NCBI GenBank assembly: GCA_963737655.1
Contig: CAVTTN010000002.1
Coordinates: 4,928,001 to 4,992,000, forward strand
Direction of reading: 5' to 3'
DNA length: 64,000 bases
Source: an uncultured Planctomycetota bacterium
Lineage (GTDB): Bacteria; Planctomycetota; Planctomycetia; Isosphaerales; Isosphaeraceae
Below, piece by piece: positions 28,291-37,708 of the stretch (within the stretch, counting starts at the first letter, position 1; each line of letters begins with the position of its first letter). The notes beneath the pieces were generated by a model. It was not told where the DNA came from, did not search any database, and was given only the letters and a program-made list of their open reading frames with translations. A program made the translations under genes and the position numbers.

Positions 28291-29037
28291 TCAGGCCCGT
28301 GAGCCGGCCTCGATGGCGTCCAGGAACCCTCGGACGGTCGCCGCGTAGCCGATTTCGAGGGCGTCGGCGATCAGGGCGTGACCGATCGAGACCTCGGCCA
28401 CCCCGGGGACATGGCGGAGGAACGTGGGCAGGTTCTGGCGGCTGAGGTCATGCCCCGCGTTCACTCCCAAACCCCTGGCGGAGGCCCTTCGGGCCGTCTC
28501 GGCGAACGCGGGGAGGATCGAATCGGCGTCGCCGCGATCGAAGGCCGTCGCATAGGGCTCGGTGTAAAGCTCGATCCGATCGGCGCCGAGGTCCGCGGCG
28601 CGATCGGCCGATTCGGGGACGGCGTCGAGGAACAGGCTGACCCGGCAGCCGATCCGGCGAAGATCGGCGATCAAAGGGGCCAGCCTCTCGGCATCGCGGG
28701 CGAGGTCCCAGCCCTGGTTGCTCGTGAACGCCGAGGGAGAATCCGGGACGAGCGTGCATTGCGTGGGCCGGACCTCGTCGACGATCGCGAGGTAATCCCC
28801 CTCGAACGGGTTCCCCTCGATGTTGAATTCCGCGGCCGGATGGCCCGCGAGCAGGAGGGCGAGGTCGCGGACGTCCCCCGGCCGGATGTGCCTCTGGTCG
28901 GGTCGGGGGTGGACGGTGATCCCCTCGGCGCCGGCCTCCAGGCAGATCGTGGCGGCCTTCACCACGCCGGGAATCCCGCTGTGGCGGGTGTTCCGCAGGG
29001 TGGCCACCTTGTTCACGTTCACGCTGAGCTTGGTCAT
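28291..29037 (-). CDS. pdxJ: Pyridoxine 5'-phosphate synthase
   Basis: LSVNVNKVATLRN, GITVHPRPDQRHI, RVSLF, IELYTEPYA, VNAGHDL and EVSIGHALI motifs. Confidence 0.97.
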   Translation of the reverse strand: MTKLSVNVNKVATLRNTRHSGIPGVVKAATICLEAGAEGITVHPRPDQRHIRPGDVRDLALLLAGHPAAEFNIEGNPFEGDYLAIVDEVRPTQCTLVPDSPSAFTSNQGWDLARDAERLAPLIADLRRIGCRVSLFLDAVPESADRAADLGADRIELYTEPYATAFDRGDADSILPAFAETARRASARGLGVNAGHDLSRQNLPTFLRHVPGVAEVSIGHALIADALEIGYAATVRGFLDAIEAGSRA

Positions 29038-29076
29038 GGGTGGGGTGCGGACATGGAGAGATCGCGAAGAAAGAAT

Positions 29077-29099
29077 GGGTGCATTTCATGCACCCTACG
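29077..29099 (-). repeat. GTAG-type REP hairpin overlapping the LOG stop codon
   Basis: Minus strand CGTAGGGTGCATGAAATGCACCC. Confidence 0.7.
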
Positions 29100-29688
29100 A
29101 GGTTTCGAGGTCGATCCATTTCGGCCCGGGGTCGGGCGGCTGGACCGTCATCAGGCGGGAGACGATGGCCTCGGGGTCGTCGAGGATCAGGATCAGGTCG
29201 CGATGCTCGGGCCGGACGAACCGCTCGGCGACGGCGTGGTCCACGAGCATGATCAGCGGGTCGTAATAGCCATCCGTATTCAACAATCCGATCGGCTTGC
29301 GATGCAGGCCCAGGACGCCCCAGGTGAGGATCTCGAAGAACTCCTCGAACGTGCCCACGCCGCCGGGGAGGGCAAGAAAGGCGTCGGATCGAGACGCCAT
29401 CATCGCCTTGCGCTCGTGCATCCCGGGGACGACGTGGAGCTCGGTGAGGCCGTCGTGGGCGATCTCCCGGGCGGAGAGGGCCTCGGGGATCACCCCGACC
29501 ACCCGGCCCCCGGCCTTCAGCGCCGAATCGGCCACGATCCCCATCAGGCCGACTCGCCCTCCTCCGTAGACCAGGCCGAGGCCGTCGCGAGCGATCGCCT
29601 GGCCGACTCGACGGGCGGCCTCGGCATAGATCGGCCGTTTCCCGGACTGGGAGCCGCAGAACACGCAGATGTGGGGACGATCGGGCAT
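29095..29688 (-). CDS. LOG family protein (TIGR00730-like nucleotide phosphoribohydrolase)
   Basis: ICVFCGS, LVYGGGRVGLMG, MHERK, LPGGVGTFEE (PGGxGTxxE) and KPIGLLN motifs. Confidence 0.95.
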   Translation of the reverse strand: MPDRPHICVFCGSQSGKRPIYAEAARRVGQAIARDGLGLVYGGGRVGLMGIVADSALKAGGRVVGVIPEALSAREIAHDGLTELHVVPGMHERKAMMASRSDAFLALPGGVGTFEEFFEILTWGVLGLHRKPIGLLNTDGYYDPLIMLVDHAVAERFVRPEHRDLILILDDPEAIVSRLMTVQPPDPGPKWIDLETS

Positions 29689-29763
29689 GGCTCAGTGGGC
29701 CTTCGGCGCGGGTTCGGTCCGGGAGTGGAACGTTGCTGGACGGCCTTTGGGCCGCCGCGGGTT

Positions 29764-29785
29764 GGTGCCTCTCATGCACCCTACA
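29764..29785 (-). repeat. Second copy of the GTAGGGTGCATGA REP
   Basis: Minus strand TGTAGGGTGCATGAGAGGCACC. Confidence 0.65.
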
Positions 29786-29882
29786 CGGTTGCCCTTCCCT
29801 CCGTTATCATGGAGTTTGTCGGGGCCGGGCTGCAAGGGGAGTCGGCTCCCGGGACGATTCGAGGCGATTGCGGAGTCTTTCG

Positions 29883-30206
29883 GTGTCCTCCGAGACCTTT
29901 TATGCCGTGGCCCGGGTCGAGGAGATCGCCGACGGCTCGGGGATTGCCGTCGAGGTCGCGGGCCTGCCCCTGGCCGTCTTCCGCGACGGGGACCACTTCT
30001 ACGCGACCGACGATTCCTGCCCCCACCAGGGCATGCCCCTGTCCGACGGCCTGGTCTGCGACAAGACGCTGACCTGCTCCTGGCACGGCTGGCGGTTCAG
30101 CCTGGAAGACGGCCGATGGCTCGACAGCCCGAAGTCCCGGACCCGCGTGGCGACCTATCCGGTCCGCGTGGTCGAGGATCGGGTGGAGGTCGGCATCCCC
30201 GGATGA
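29883..30206 (+). CDS. Rieske [2Fe-2S] ferredoxin
   Basis: CPHQG and CSWHGWRF Rieske ligands; GTG start after GGAG. Confidence 0.92.
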   Translation: MSSETFYAVARVEEIADGSGIAVEVAGLPLAVFRDGDHFYATDDSCPHQGMPLSDGLVCDKTLTCSWHGWRFSLEDGRWLDSPKSRTRVATYPVRVVEDRVEVGIPG

Positions 30207-30286
30207 CGGACCGCCGGCAATCTTGCCCCGGGGCCCGGCTCGGCTTATCCTGAGACCTCCGGAATCCGCCCCTCGCGAGACCGCCC

Positions 30287-31282
30287 ATGAAAGCCGCGTA
30301 CATTGAGGCCACCGGGCCGCCCGATTCGATCGTCGTCGGGGACTTGCTCACGCCCGAGCCGGGGCCGGGTGAAGTGCTCGTGAAGGTCGCCGTGGTGGGG
30401 CTGAACCCGATCGACCTCTACCTCCGGTCGGGCCTGGTCGCGATGCCGATGGCCTTCCCCTACGTGATCGGGACTGACCTGGCCGGGACGGTCGAGAAGC
30501 TCGGGCCGGGCGTCTCCCGGTTCGCCGTGGGGGATCGCGTCTGGGGGTCGGGCCAGGGACTGCTGGGCCGTCAGGGCGCCTGTTCGGAGTTCGCGGCGAT
30601 CCACGAAAGCCTGCTGGACCCGACCCCGCCGGACGTCTCCGACGCCGACGCCGCCGCCCTGGCCCTGACCGGGATCACCGCGCATCTCGGCCTGTTCGAG
30701 CATGGAAGACTCAAGGCCGGTGAGGCGGTGTATGTGCCCGGGGGGACCGGCGGGGTGGGCTCGATGGTCGTCCAGATGGCCCGGGCGGCCGGGGCCCGGG
30801 TGGCCACCTCGGCCGGGAGCGCGGAGAAGCAGGAGAGGTGCCGGGCCCTGGGCGCCGAGCTCGCCCTGAACTACAAGGAAGACGACATCCCGGCGAGGCT
30901 CCGCGAATTCGCGCCGGAGGGGCTGGACGTGTGGTTCGAGACCCAGAGAGAACCGAATCTCGAAGTCTCGATCCCGCTGATGAGGCCCCGGGGGCGGACG
31001 ATCCTGATCGCCGGGAGGGCGGCCAAGCCGGCCTTGCCGCTCGGGGCGTTCTATCCGAGGGGGCAATCGATCCACGGCTTCGCCATGTTCAACGCCACCC
31101 TCGACGAGCTTCGCCGCTGCGCCGAGGACATCAACCGCTGGGCCGAATCGGGCGAGCTCAAGCCGATCATCGGCAAGACGTTTCCGATGGCCGAGGCGGC
31201 GGCGGCCGAGGCGTTCCTGGAAGACAACACGGTCCGGGGGGCGGGGACGCTCTCGGGCAAGGTGCTGATCCAGGTCTCCTGA
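30287..31282 (+). CDS. NADPH:quinone reductase (MDR/zeta-crystallin family)
   Basis: [35 protein letters not shown] and GKVLI motifs. Confidence 0.92.
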   Translation: MKAAYIEATGPPDSIVVGDLLTPEPGPGEVLVKVAVVGLNPIDLYLRSGLVAMPMAFPYVIGTDLAGTVEKLGPGVSRFAVGDRVWGSGQGLLGRQGACSEFAAIHESLLDPTPPDVSDADAAALALTGITAHLGLFEHGRLKAGEAVYVPGGTGGVGSMVVQMARAAGARVATSAGSAEKQERCRALGAELALNYKEDDIPARLREFAPEGLDVWFETQREPNLEVSIPLMRPRGRTILIAGRAAKPALPLGAFYPRGQSIHGFAMFNATLDELRRCAEDINRWAESGELKPIIGKTFPMAEAAAAEAFLEDNTVRGAGTLSGKVLIQVS

Positions 31283-31293
31283 GCGTCGCGGGT

Positions 31294-32256
31294 CTAGCCG
31301 ATCCGGCCGGCGATGGCCGGGGCGACCGGGATGGGCCGGGTCATGGGGATCTCCCACGCCCGGATGGTGTCCCGCCCCTCGGCCTTGGCCCGGTAGAGGG
31401 CCTGGTCGGCCCGTCGGAGGAGCTCCTCCGGGTCGAGCTCGTCGGACGGAGGCGCCGAGGCGATCCCGACGCTGGCCGTGACCCGTTCGCCGTACGGGCG
31501 GTGGGGCTCGGCCATCCGGCCCAGGGCGATTCGGAAGCGGTCGGCCAGGGCCCAGGCGCCGAAGAGGTCGCAGTCCGAGGCGACGACCACGAACTCCTCG
31601 CCGCCGTAGCGGCCCACGAAGTCCGAGCCCCGGGCCGTGTCCTGGAGGATTCGGGCGGTCCCCTGGAGCACCAGGTCGCCCGCGGCGTGACCGTGGCGGT
31701 CGTTGATCGCCTTGAAGCGGTCGAGGTCGGCGATCAGGACCGACAGACTGGTCGCCCGTCGCGAGCACGCCGCCCATTCGGCCGGGAGCTGGGCTTCCAG
31801 GGCGTGACGGTTGCCCAGTCCGGTCAGGGCGTCCAGGTGCGCCTTCTTCTCCAGGAGGTCCTGGAAGTGCTTCGCCCGCAACGCGGCGCGGACCCGGGCC
31901 CTCAACTCCACGGGCTCGACCGGCTTGGACAGGAAGTCCACGGCGCCCAGGTCCAGGCCGCGGGCCTTCTTCTCGGTGGTCGCCAGCGCGGAGAAAAAGA
32001 TCACCGGGATCGACTGGGTCCGGGGATCTTCCTTGAGCTCGCGGATCATCTCGAAACCATCTCGGCCGGGGAGCCCCAGGTCGAGCAAGATCAGCTCCGG
32101 CGCCACCGCGAGGGCCAGGAGCATCCCCTCGTCGGCCTGGGCCGCCTCGATCAGCTCGATCGGCTCGGCCCGGAGGTGCTTGCGGACCAGGTGCCGACAG
32201 GCTTCCGAGTCCTCGACCAGCAGGACCCGGCGGGTCGGCGACGCGGAGGCGTCCAT
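31294..32256 (-). CDS. Response-regulator diguanylate cyclase (REC-GGDEF)
   Basis: [16 protein letters not shown] (phospho-Asp), [32 protein letters not shown]-site and GGEEF motifs. Confidence 0.95.
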   Translation of the reverse strand: MDASASPTRRVLLVEDSEACRHLVRKHLRAEPIELIEAAQADEGMLLALAVAPELILLDLGLPGRDGFEMIRELKEDPRTQSIPVIFFSALATTEKKARGLDLGAVDFLSKPVEPVELRARVRAALRAKHFQDLLEKKAHLDALTGLGNRHALEAQLPAEWAACSRRATSLSVLIADLDRFKAINDRHGHAAGDLVLQGTARILQDTARGSDFVGRYGGEEFVVVASDCDLFGAWALADRFRIALGRMAEPHRPYGERVTASVGIASAPPSDELDPEELLRRADQALYRAKAEGRDTIRAWEIPMTRPIPVAPAIAGRIG

Positions 32257-32340
32257 GAGACGTGTGCCTCTCGTTTCGGAAGACGGGGCCGGGACTCGAC
32301 GACGGCCCGGAATCTGCCACGCTTTATCCAAGTCTTTAGC

Positions 32341-33117
32341 TCACAATTCGTCGGCCCGCGATCCGAATTCCTCCAGGGCCGCCAGGGCCGGGGCGACCCG
32401 ATCGAGCGACTCGACCGCGACGGTCGGCCGGATCGGGCCGGGGCCCCGGGCCATCGCGTCCAGGAGGCCGAGCGAGGCCAGGTACGCCCGCCTCTCGGGG
32501 TCCGTGGGCCCGACGAACGCCCGGTTCCGACGCGGCGGCGCGACCAGGATGGTCCTCATCCCCAGCGACGAGGCCGGCGCGATGTCGTTATCCGGCCGAT
32601 CCCCGATCATGACCGCCTCTTCGGGCAGGACCCCGGCCCGGTCCAGGGCGATCCGGAACAGGGCGGGATCGGGCTTGGCCACCCCTTCCTCGTCCGAGAG
32701 GGCGATGACCTCGAAGCAATCGAGGATGCCGAGGACGGCCTCCCGGCCGCACGACGGCTGGTTGGCGATGATCCCGAGCCGATAGACGGCCGCCAGGTCG
32801 CGGACGACCTCGACGGCGCCGGGGATGGGCGGCTGGAACCGGAGGAAATCGGCCCGGACCTCGCGATCGACGGCCGACCACACGGCGGCGGCCTCCTCCT
32901 CCGCGAGATACTTCGTCACGACCTCCCAGACCGGCCATCGCGAGCCCGATCGGGCCCGATCTTCCCTCTCGGCCAGGAGGTCGCCGAACGTCCGATCGGG
33001 GCGGACCCGGCGGATCGCCTCGACATGGCGGCGGAAGACGTGAAAGGTCAGCGCGTCCTCGTCCAGGAGGACGTTCCCCACGTCGAAGAACACCCATGTC
33101 CGGCGGGTCGATCGCAC
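32341..33117 (-). CDS. HAD-superfamily hydrolase
   Basis: FFDVGNVL motif I, IIANQ, KPDPALF and [10 protein letters not shown] motif IV. Confidence 0.9.
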   Translation of the reverse strand: MRSTRRTWVFFDVGNVLLDEDALTFHVFRRHVEAIRRVRPDRTFGDLLAEREDRARSGSRWPVWEVVTKYLAEEEAAAVWSAVDREVRADFLRFQPPIPGAVEVVRDLAAVYRLGIIANQPSCGREAVLGILDCFEVIALSDEEGVAKPDPALFRIALDRAGVLPEEAVMIGDRPDNDIAPASSLGMRTILVAPPRRNRAFVGPTDPERRAYLASLGLLDAMARGPGPIRPTVAVESLDRVAPALAALEEFGSRADEL

Positions 33118-33264
33118 GGGCCGTTCCGTCCTGATCGCGGGAGGCTGAGGATCGTTCGGGCCCCTTCATGCTGGACCGGCCGGGACTTCCCTGTCAACAT
33201 GCGGGTCCGCGCCTCGACCCGGGGCCCGGAATCGTCGCGAGAGGATCGGGAGGCGGGCGGACTC

Positions 33265-34287
33265 ATGAATCTGTTGACGACCCTTCGCGGATCGATGATG
33301 GAGGGTTTCTTGCCCACGGGCTGGGACCTCGCCCGGATGGACGCCTGCGCGTCCCATCCCCCGTCGGCCATCGCCGATCGCCAGCCCTGGTGGCATCCGC
33401 GATTCCAGCCGGTCGAATGCCGGACCCTCGACGACTTCGACGTCAAGCTCGGCCACGAAATCGCCCTGACGATCAAGACGGCCCGGGATGCGGGGCGAGA
33501 ACTCGCCCTGATCCTGCCCGTGGGGCCGATGGGGATGTATCGCTGGGCCGTCTTCTTCCTGACCGAGTGGGGCGTGCCATGCGACCACGTCCACGGCTTC
33601 AACATGGACGAGTGGAGCGACTCGCGAGGCGAGACCCTCCCGGCCGACCATCCCGGGGCGTTCCGCCACGCGATGGAAACGGCCTTCTATGGCCCTCTGG
33701 GAAACCGCTCGGTCCCCCACGACCGCCGATGGTTCGCCACCCCGGACCGTCTCCCCCACTATGCGGCGAAGATCGCCGAGTTGAAGGCCGGAGGGGCCGA
33801 GCTCGCCGTCATTTTCGGGATCGGCCGGGTCTGCCACATCGCCTTCTGGGAACCCCACTTCGCCGCCGAGTTCGACTCGGTGGACGCCTGGAAGGCCCAG
33901 ACCCACCGCCTCGGCGCGAAGTTGCATCCGCTGACGATCGAACAGAACGCCCTGACGAGCTTCCGCAGCCGGACGACCCTCGTCCCGGCGTTCGCCAACA
34001 CGATCGGCCCGGGATTGTTCCTCCAGGCCGACCGGATCATCGGCGGGGCCGATGGCGTGTTCGGCCGAGGGATGCAATGGCAGGGCCTGAGCCTCTGGAC
34101 CACCCTGCGCTACGGCCCCGATCCGTGGGTGCCGAGCTCGTTCATGCCCACGATGCCCGGCCGGCTGTTCTACCTCGCCGAGCTGGCCGGGCCCTTGCTT
34201 CCGGACATGAATTCAGGGCGCTGTCCATCTCGTCTTGTCGGGTGGCATGCTTACGTCTTCGTAAGCATGCCTTCGGAACGAGACTGA
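33265..34287 (+). CDS. Glucosamine-6-phosphate isomerase/deaminase-like protein (NagB fold)
   Basis: ILPVGP, GFNMDEW and [14 protein letters not shown] resemble NagB motifs; GGAGG upstream. The 3' end runs into a repeat, so the true stop may lie near 34215. Confidence 0.8.
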   Translation: MNLLTTLRGSMMEGFLPTGWDLARMDACASHPPSAIADRQPWWHPRFQPVECRTLDDFDVKLGHEIALTIKTARDAGRELALILPVGPMGMYRWAVFFLTEWGVPCDHVHGFNMDEWSDSRGETLPADHPGAFRHAMETAFYGPLGNRSVPHDRRWFATPDRLPHYAAKIAELKAGGAELAVIFGIGRVCHIAFWEPHFAAEFDSVDAWKAQTHRLGAKLHPLTIEQNALTSFRSRTTLVPAFANTIGPGLFLQADRIIGGADGVFGRGMQWQGLSLWTTLRYGPDPWVPSSFMPTMPGRLFYLAELAGPLLPDMNSGRCPSRLVGWHAYVFVSMPSERD

Positions 34288-34328
34288 CTGAAGACATGCT
34301 TACGAAGACGTAAGCATGCCACCCAACA
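34236..34328. repeat. REP-like doublet (GGGTGGCATG family) in inverted orientation
   Basis: 39-bp arms (34236-34274 / 34290-34328) with 2 mismatches; each arm holds the hairpin CATGCTTACG-N3-4-CGTAAGCATG. Confidence 0.88.
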
Positions 34329-34353
34329 TCTGGCCTTCAACCCGAAGCGAGCT

Positions 34354-34842
34354 TTACGGCTTCTTCGTCTCGATGGTGGTCTTCGTCGTGGTGGTCTTGG
34401 TCGTCGTGGTCGCCGAAACCGGGGCGATGGCCAGGGAATCGACCACGGAGGTCACCCCGGCGGTGTCTCGGGCGAGAGTCAGCGCCTTGGTCCGGGCGGC
34501 TTGATCGGGGACCGATCCCTTCAGGATGATCGTCGAATCGCCCTGGCGTTCCAGCTCGATCGGGGCGTTGACCAGGTCCTTGTCCCAGTGGATTCGCGAG
34601 TACACGCGGGCCTCGACGCCCATGCCGTGGACCGAGGCGCGGGCCTTCTGGAAGCCTTCACGGAGGCTGTCACCGACCTCCTCCGCCCCGTGCTTGATCC
34701 CTTCCCCGATCCGGCCGGCCCCCTTCTTGATCTCCTGGGCCGCCCCGCCGAGGCCCTGATAGGCCATCCCTGCCCGGCCCAGCGCCCCCACCAGGAGGAC
34801 CGTCCCGATCGCCACGCCCCATTTCGCCCGGTTGCCCATCAT
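34354..34842 (-). CDS. BON domain protein with signal peptide
   Basis: VEARVYSRIHWDKDL...IILKGSVPDQAARTKALTLARDTAGVTSVVDSL BON pattern. Confidence 0.85.
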   Translation of the reverse strand: MMGNRAKWGVAIGTVLLVGALGRAGMAYQGLGGAAQEIKKGAGRIGEGIKHGAEEVGDSLREGFQKARASVHGMGVEARVYSRIHWDKDLVNAPIELERQGDSTIILKGSVPDQAARTKALTLARDTAGVTSVVDSLAIAPVSATTTTKTTTTKTTIETKKP

Positions 34843-35034
34843 TGCATCGTTCTCCTACGAATGTCTCTGGATTTTCGTCGCACTCGTCCTGAAGCATGCA
34901 AACATTGAGCCAAAGACGGTCGCAATTCGGCCCGGGATTCGCTAGTATGGCCCGTGATCGTGGCCGGAGATCCATCGATCCCGGGATCGTCGGGCGAGGG
35001 ATCGTCCGGCCTCCCCATCCTCGAGGTTTCACCG

Positions 35035-35223
35035 ATGTCCCAAGCCACCACGACGACTCCGTTCCCCGTCTCGGGCACTCAGGCCGCGTTCCCCGCCGGG
35101 CAAAAGCTGCAATGCGGCTCGTGCGGGTCGGAGATCGAGATCCTGAAGCCCTGTTCGTGCCAACCGCCCGACCAGGTCCTGAAGTGCTGCGGGAAGGACA
35201 TGGTGCCGAGCACGTCCGCCTGA
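35035..35223 (+). CDS. Small Cys-rich desulforedoxin-like metal-binding protein (62 aa)
   Basis: GAGG RBS; LQCGSCGSEIEILKPCSCQPPDQVLKCCGKDM contains CxxCG...CCG.DM. Confidence 0.75.
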   Translation: MSQATTTTPFPVSGTQAAFPAGQKLQCGSCGSEIEILKPCSCQPPDQVLKCCGKDMVPSTSA

Positions 35224-35230
35224 TCTTCGA

Positions 35231-36079
35231 TCAGCCGAGAGCGGCCAGGGAGCGGCGGAGCAGGTCCAGCCCGAGCCGGATGTCCCGGACTCGCGCCCCT
35301 TGGTCGCCCACCTCGCGCTCGATGGCGATCGGCCCGTGAAAGCCGATCCGATTCAGGGCGAGGAGGAAGGCGGGGATGTCCACCTCCCCCTGGCCGAGCG
35401 GGACTTCCTCGCCCCAGGTGCCGGGGACCTTCGGCCTCCGGGCGTCCTTGGCGTGGACGCTGCGGATGTCCGGCCCCAGCACCTCGACGGCCCGGATCGG
35501 GTCGCCCATGTCGTACAGGAGCATGTTCGCCGGGTCGAAATTGACCTTCAGGTTCGGCGCCGCCAGGTCGTCGAGGGTCTGGCGGAGCAGGTCGGCCGAT
35601 TCCTGGCCGGTCTCGAAGGCGAGGGTGACCCCCACGTCCTGGGCCATCCGTCCGGCCTTCGCCAGCGTGTCGAGCATCGCCCGGCGGTCCGGATGGCCCG
35701 GCGAGGGCAGGAACCCGGCGTGGAGGGTCAGGTCGGCCAGGCCGAGCGAGACGGTGCGATCCAGGCCCCAGGCCAGGCGGTCGAGCCTCTCGGCCCGGAG
35801 CGCGGGGTCGCCGAACCCGCCGGTCGCCTGGATCGTCCGGGGAGTGGTGTAGTCCTCGCCCGGGAACCCGAGCATCGCCCCGGTGAACGTCAGGCCCGAG
35901 GCGAGGGCGGCCTCCGGCATCGATTCCCCCTCGACCCAGTCCGCGTGGTGGGGGTCTCCGCAGGCGATCTGCGCGGTCGAGACCCCGAGGTCCGTCAGGA
36001 GGCGGACGAGCTCGGGAATGCTCGTGACCTGGAGGCTCCAACTGCACACGCCGAGAGCCGGCGACGGATCGGCCGTCAT
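35231..36079 (-). CDS. Sugar phosphate isomerase/epimerase (xylose isomerase-like TIM barrel)
   Basis: LHAGFLP, LAFETGQE, VNFDPANM, VHAKD, EVPLGQGEVD and IAIERE motifs. Confidence 0.9.
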   Translation of the reverse strand: MTADPSPALGVCSWSLQVTSIPELVRLLTDLGVSTAQIACGDPHHADWVEGESMPEAALASGLTFTGAMLGFPGEDYTTPRTIQATGGFGDPALRAERLDRLAWGLDRTVSLGLADLTLHAGFLPSPGHPDRRAMLDTLAKAGRMAQDVGVTLAFETGQESADLLRQTLDDLAAPNLKVNFDPANMLLYDMGDPIRAVEVLGPDIRSVHAKDARRPKVPGTWGEEVPLGQGEVDIPAFLLALNRIGFHGPIAIEREVGDQGARVRDIRLGLDLLRRSLAALG

Positions 36080-36207
36080 GATCGCAACCCTTGCGGAGTC
36101 CGGGGAGGAGACGTTCGGTTCGAGACCGATCGTCCGCCAGGTTCGCGGGGACGGCCCGGAAATGCAACGGGGTGGCGGGGCGTCTTTCTTGCGTACGTCC
36201 CTCCGGT

Positions 36208-37164
36208 TCAATCGGCGACGGTCACCGGGGTGTGCCGGGTGATGATGTCGCGATCGACGCCCTGATCGACGCGATTGCGGCCCATCCGCTTGGCCCGGTA
36301 GAGCGACCGATCGGCGTCGGTGACCAGGGCGAGGCCGTCTCGGGGCGTGCCGGGACGGTCGAAGGCGACGCCGAAGCTGGCGGTGACCTTCAGCGAGGTG
36401 GCGCCGAGGCGGATCGGCCACTCGGCCAGCCCTTGACGGATCGCCTCGGCCCGTCGTCGGGCCAGGACGAGCGATTCGACCGGCAGGGCCACGGCGAACT
36501 CCTCCCCCCCGTAGCGGGCCACCAGGTCCTCCGGCCGGGTGAACCGGCGAATCCGGCCGGCGACCTCGCGGAGGACGCCGTCTCCCCCGTCGTGGCCCAG
36601 CGTGTCGTTGACCCTCTTGAAGTGGTCCACGTCCATCAGGACCACGGCCAGGCCGATATTGGAGGAGATCGCCCGATTGGCCAGGTTCCGCAGCCCCTCG
36701 ACGAAGTAGGAGCGATTGTACAGGCCGGTCAGGGGATCGCGCACGGTCCTCTCGAACATGGCGTGCTGGAAGGCCTCTTCCTCGGCCGAGGGGCAAGAGA
36801 ATCGCAGGGCCAGCCTGGGTCCGAACCGGAGGCGGTCGCCGTCCTGGATCGCCACGGGGGTCAGGGGCTTGAGCCTCACCTCGTTGCGAAACGTGCCGTT
36901 GGTGCTGCGGAGGTCGGTCACGAAGGCCGAGCCGTCCTCCCCGGTCCTCACCACGGCGTGGCGCCGGGAGATGTCGGGCTCGGGCAGGCTCAGGCCGTTC
37001 TCGCCGCCTCGACCGATCGTCATGGAGCCCTCCCCCAGGCGGATCATCGCGCCCGGGGTCGGCCCGTTCAGGTGGATCAGGTAGCGTCCCCGGGCGCCAT
37101 CGGGTCGGGCCTCGGGGACCGCGGTGATCAGATCGCCGAAGAGGGTTGCGTGCCGATCGTCCAT
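36208..37164 (-). CDS. FHA-domain diguanylate cyclase (FHA-GGDEF)
   Basis: IGR, ISRRHA and DLRSTNGT FHA residues; DPLTGLYNR, DVDHFKRVNDTLGH, RPED I-site and GGEEF motifs. Confidence 0.93.
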   Translation of the reverse strand: MDDRHATLFGDLITAVPEARPDGARGRYLIHLNGPTPGAMIRLGEGSMTIGRGGENGLSLPEPDISRRHAVVRTGEDGSAFVTDLRSTNGTFRNEVRLKPLTPVAIQDGDRLRFGPRLALRFSCPSAEEEAFQHAMFERTVRDPLTGLYNRSYFVEGLRNLANRAISSNIGLAVVLMDVDHFKRVNDTLGHDGGDGVLREVAGRIRRFTRPEDLVARYGGEEFAVALPVESLVLARRRAEAIRQGLAEWPIRLGATSLKVTASFGVAFDRPGTPRDGLALVTDADRSLYRAKRMGRNRVDQGVDRDIITRHTPVTVAD

Positions 37165-37369
37165 GGATGGTCCCGCCATCATCCCGGGGAGGCGAGCGGA
37201 ACGACCGGCCCGGCCCGGCCCGAAGAGAGGGAGAGGCGCTCGCTCTGGGAGGAAGCTAGGTCGCCTTCTTGGGCTGTCAAGTGGCGATCGGTGGCGACTC
37301 GCCTCCCGGTCCCCTCGTCGCTATGATGACCGGAGATCCGCCCGGCGAGACCGACCAGGGGATGCGACC

Positions 37370-37708
37370 ATGGATCGTCCCGAGACCCGTCGCCCGCGAC
37401 GATCCCTCGGCCTGAGGGCGGCCCTGGCCGTCGTCGCCTTCGCGGCGATGGTCCTGGCCCTGGTCGCGCAGTCCCGGAGGGCGGCCCTCCGCGAAGCCCG
37501 TCTGGTCGAGGAGCTCCGGGCCGAGAGGCACCGCGCCCAGGGCTATCGGCGGCTCGCCCGGATGGCCCTGGAAGGCGGGCCCGCCATCCCCCTCCACGCG
37601 CTCTCGCGCGAGTATCGCGAGGAGGAGGAGCGGTTCCGTCGCGAAGCCGTCCGCCTCCGCACCGGGCAAGCTCCCCAAGTCCCCCCCGACCCCGAGGCGT
37701 CCCGATGA
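37370..37708 (+). CDS. Small hypothetical membrane-anchored protein
   Basis: RSLGLRAALAVVAFAAMVLALV TM segment plus charged helical tail; stop overlaps the next ATG (ATGA). Confidence 0.6.
   Translation: MDRPETRRPRRSLGLRAALAVVAFAAMVLALVAQSRRAALREARLVEELRAERHRAQGYRRLARMALEGGPAIPLHALSREYREEEERFRREAVRLRTGQAPQVPPDPEASR

Noticed and set aside
30838..34287. 1149-aa ORF
   Set aside because: Only the part from ATG 33265 is protein-like; the rest overlaps three real genes
9329..34328. Palindromes as CRISPR repeats or integron attC sites
   Set aside because: No regularly spaced repeat-spacer array, no cas or integrase gene, and no consistent RYYYAAC/GTTRRRY ends
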